A stretch of 64,000 nucleotides of DNA from an uncultured Acidobacteriota bacterium. Its GTDB lineage: Bacteria > Acidobacteriota > Vicinamibacteria > Vicinamibacterales > CAVVIG01. Shown here piece after piece: positions 57,267-64,000 of the stretch. The notes beneath the pieces are model-generated. The model saw nothing but the letters and a program-made list of their open reading frames with translations. It searched no databases and was not told where the DNA came from. The translations under genes and the position numbers were made by a program. How positions within the stretch are numbered: the stretch's first letter is position 1; each line of letters opens with the position of its first letter. The DNA is taken from the NCBI GenBank assembly GCA_963821285.1, contig CAWGDD010000007.1:148436-212435 (forward strand), read 5' to 3'.

Positions 57267-57685
57267 CTAAGCGAGCCTGGCGTCCATCGTGATCGTCGCG
57301 TTGAGCAGCCTCGAAATCGGGCACCCGCTCTTGGCGGCCTCGACGGCCTTCTGAAAAGCGGCCTTGTCGGCGTTCGGGATCTTCACCGTCGTCTCCAGGT
57401 GGCTCGAGGTGACGGTGAAGCCCGCATCGGTCTTGTCCAACGAGACCGTCGCCTTCGTGGCGATGTTCTCCGCCGTCATTCCGGCCTCCCCCAGGATCAT
57501 GGAGAGCGCCATGGAGAAGCACGCCGCGTGCGCTGCGGCGATCAGTTCCTCGGGGTTCGTGCCTTTCTCGTTCTCGAACCGCTTGCTGAAGTTGTAGGGT
57601 ACGGCGGACAGGACGCCGCTGTCGGTCGACACGGTGCCCTTTCCATCCTTCAGTCCGCCACTCCACGCCGCGCTCGCGCTTCGTT

Positions 57686-57689
<4 letters not shown>
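57267..57689 (-). CDS. osmC: OsmC-family peroxiredoxin
   Basis: NPEELIAAAHAACFSMAL...SGCPISRLL. ATGA overlap with the PFOR stop. Confidence 0.85.
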
Positions 57690-62404
<4,715 letters not shown>

Positions 62405-62958
62405 GACACCTCTCCACGCCGGTGTGGTGAGTACGCGGGACGGTCGCTGCCGCCGCCGCGCCTCGGACGGAGTTTCTTGTCGGCCGTGCGGCGGCCGTCC
62501 GAAGGTGCCGACGACGGGCTTCGCCAGCTCGGCGAAGTCGCCGTAGTGCATGCAGATGGCTTCCGTGTGGGTGCCGGCGTTGAAGACCATCTCCGGCTCT
62601 CCGACGAGGCACCGGTCCACGAACACCCGCTGTCCGTACGCCGCGCCGAACGGGGGCATCGCGCCGACTTCGCACTCGGGGCAAAGCGCCGCGATCTCGT
62701 CCTCCTGCGCCAGGCGCAGCGCGTTGGCGTTGGCGAGCAGTCGGAGTTGCTCGAAGTCCACCCTGTAATGCGCCGGGAGCACCGCCTGTACGGGAACGTC
62801 GTCAGCGATGCAGATGACGACTTTGGCCCAGCACCGTTGATGGATATGGGACAGCGGCGGCTTCTTCCTGGGCCGTATAAGCCGGGACATGCGTGAAGCA
62901 GGTATACGGCACCCGCTCCTGCTCTCAGCAGTTCCGCGATCCAGGAAATTAGCGGCAC
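62405..62958 (-). pseudogene. YbaK/ProX-like aminoacyl-tRNA editing-domain protein, two +1 frameshifts (~62910, ~62855); 3' end unresolved (frame runs into the PFOR start without a stop)
   Basis: GTG 62958 follows aagggggg. (M)PLISWIAELLRAGAG | PYTCFTHVPAYTAQEEAAA | SHIHQRCWAKVVICIADDVPVQAVLPAHYRVDFEQLR...EVGAMPPFGAAYGQRVFVD...FNAGTHTEAI. Confidence 0.5.
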
Positions 62959-63124
62959 GACGTCCCCCCTTGCTCCAACGGGTCTCACTTGTTGGCCTCG
63001 GCGACGTGGCGACGACGGACGACGGGCCCGGCCTGCGGGGCCAGGAATGCCGACCGTTATACACCCGACCGTGCGCGATGGGGATGCTTTTTCGCGACCC
63101 GCGGGTCTGGCGGAAAAGCGGCGT

Positions 63125-64000
63125 TTACGCCGTAGGAAGGGACGCGACCTGCACGCGCGCGTCGTTGAAGCACGCGCCGCCCGCGATATCCGTCAGCGCA
63201 TCCGGGACGAGCGACGTGCCGGTCGCGCCGTTGCGCGTGCTGCGGCGCCAGAGACCCTTCGGCAGGCTGATCGTGCCCGGGCGGATGGAGGGCGCCACCT
63301 GCAGCGGGCAGTGCACTTCGCCTAGATCGTTGAAGATTCTGACGAGATCCCCGTCCGACAGCCCTCGCGCCTCGGCGTCCGCCGGATGCATCAGCAGCTT
63401 CACGTCGGGGCGGGGCAGCTGTCCGAGCGTCGAGCTGATCGTCCGCTCGCTGGCGGGCGAGATGAGCGCCAGCGGATACTGGCCCGTCGCCGGATCCGGT
63501 TGAAACGCGTAGAGCCCCATCGGCGCTGACGATTCGTACTCGGCGGGAAAGAGATCGACTTTGCGATCGCGCGTGTTGGGGAACACGTCCACGAACTGCA
63601 CCGGTGCCGGACCGCAGGGCGCCGTGGGCGGCACGTCCGCGCTCAGGTCAGCCCCCATCGTGCCCGGCAGCCCGTCGAGGACCTTGACCAGGAGATCGAG
63701 CTCGCCGGTCGCTTCGCCAGGTTGAAGCAGATCGAGCCGTGACGCCAGATCGCCGAACACGTCGGCGTTCGACCGCGACTCGCCGACGACGTCCACAATC
63801 GGACGCGCCAGCCCCATATGAATCGGTCCATATGCCTTGGCGAAGTCGTATCCCTCGAGAAAGGTCGTGTTCGGCAGCACCACGTCCGCGTAGAGCGCCG
63901 TGTCCGTCATCACCTGCTCGAACACGACCGTGAACAAATCCTCACGCTCCATCCCCCGGACGATGCGCCGCTGATCGGGGACGGTCGCGACGGGGTTGCA
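63125..64000 (-). CDS. Molybdopterin-dependent oxidoreductase (DMSO-reductase family), C-terminal part; 5' end beyond the window
   Basis: The frame stays open to the window edge (CNPVATVPDQRRIVRGMEREDLFTVVFEQVMTDTALYADVVLPNTTFLE...). The C-terminal MopB_CT-like part reads MHPADAEARGLSDGDLVRIFNDLGEVHCPLQV. Confidence 0.75.
   Translation of the reverse strand, partial: CNPVATVPDQRRIVRGMEREDLFTVVFEQVMTDTALYADVVLPNTTFLEGYDFAKAYGPIHMGLARPIVDVVGESRSNADVFGDLASRLDLLQPGEATGELDLLVKVLDGLPGTMGADLSADVPPTAPCGPAPVQFVDVFPNTRDRKVDLFPAEYESSAPMGLYAFQPDPATGQYPLALISPASERTISSTLGQLPRPDVKLLMHPADAEARGLSDGDLVRIFNDLGEVHCPLQVAPSIRPGTISLPKGLWRRSTRNGATGTSLVPDALTDIAGGACFNDARVQVASLPTA

Noticed and set aside
62405-62600. 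A genuine YbaK-domain/PFOR fusion protein, since there is no stop between them in this frame.
   Set aside because: The linking 40 codons are low-complexity Arg-rich sequence. The region already contains two indels, and an out-of-frame TGA overlaps the PFOR ATG (ATGA), which suggests two coupled genes.

Overview
High-GC (roughly two-thirds G+C) chromosomal segment from a Gram-negative bacterium. The gene content (PD40/Omp85 fusion, DUF5777 barrel, sigma-54 circuitry, many CBS proteins) suggests an Acidobacteriota-like organism, but I cannot verify this. About 60 protein genes are recognisable. They include aceE-aceF-lpdA, lipA, a ChlI-like AAA+/VWA pair, and a metal-handling region at 13.7-24.8 kb. 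That region holds an NRAMP-related transporter with a stand-alone MgtE-type sensor protein, two beta-barrel genes behind -24/-12 promoters, a Fur-box/PepSY/bacterioferritin unit, two cupredoxin-like lipoproteins, and a histidine kinase with an NtrC-type activator. Also present are ferredoxin-nuoB-nuoI, a peptidase/beta-propeller/Omp85 giant, an ECF sigma/anti-sigma pair, a LemA/TPM operon, a radical-SAM (CCAEP tail)/ATP-grasp/YggX operon, and a ~1570-codon PFOR. I found no rRNA, tRNA, CRISPR array, transposase or phage genes. Two sequence-level features stand out. First, at least 22 single-base frame disruptions fall in otherwise well-conserved genes, 8 of them in the PFOR alone; assembly indel error is the most likely cause. 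Second, several families of 7-, 9- and 13/14-nt tandem or inverted repeats sit at gene 3' ends. One of them, the heptamer CCGACTG, also runs in-frame through two coding regions. All product calls come from reading the translations by eye; no searches were run.
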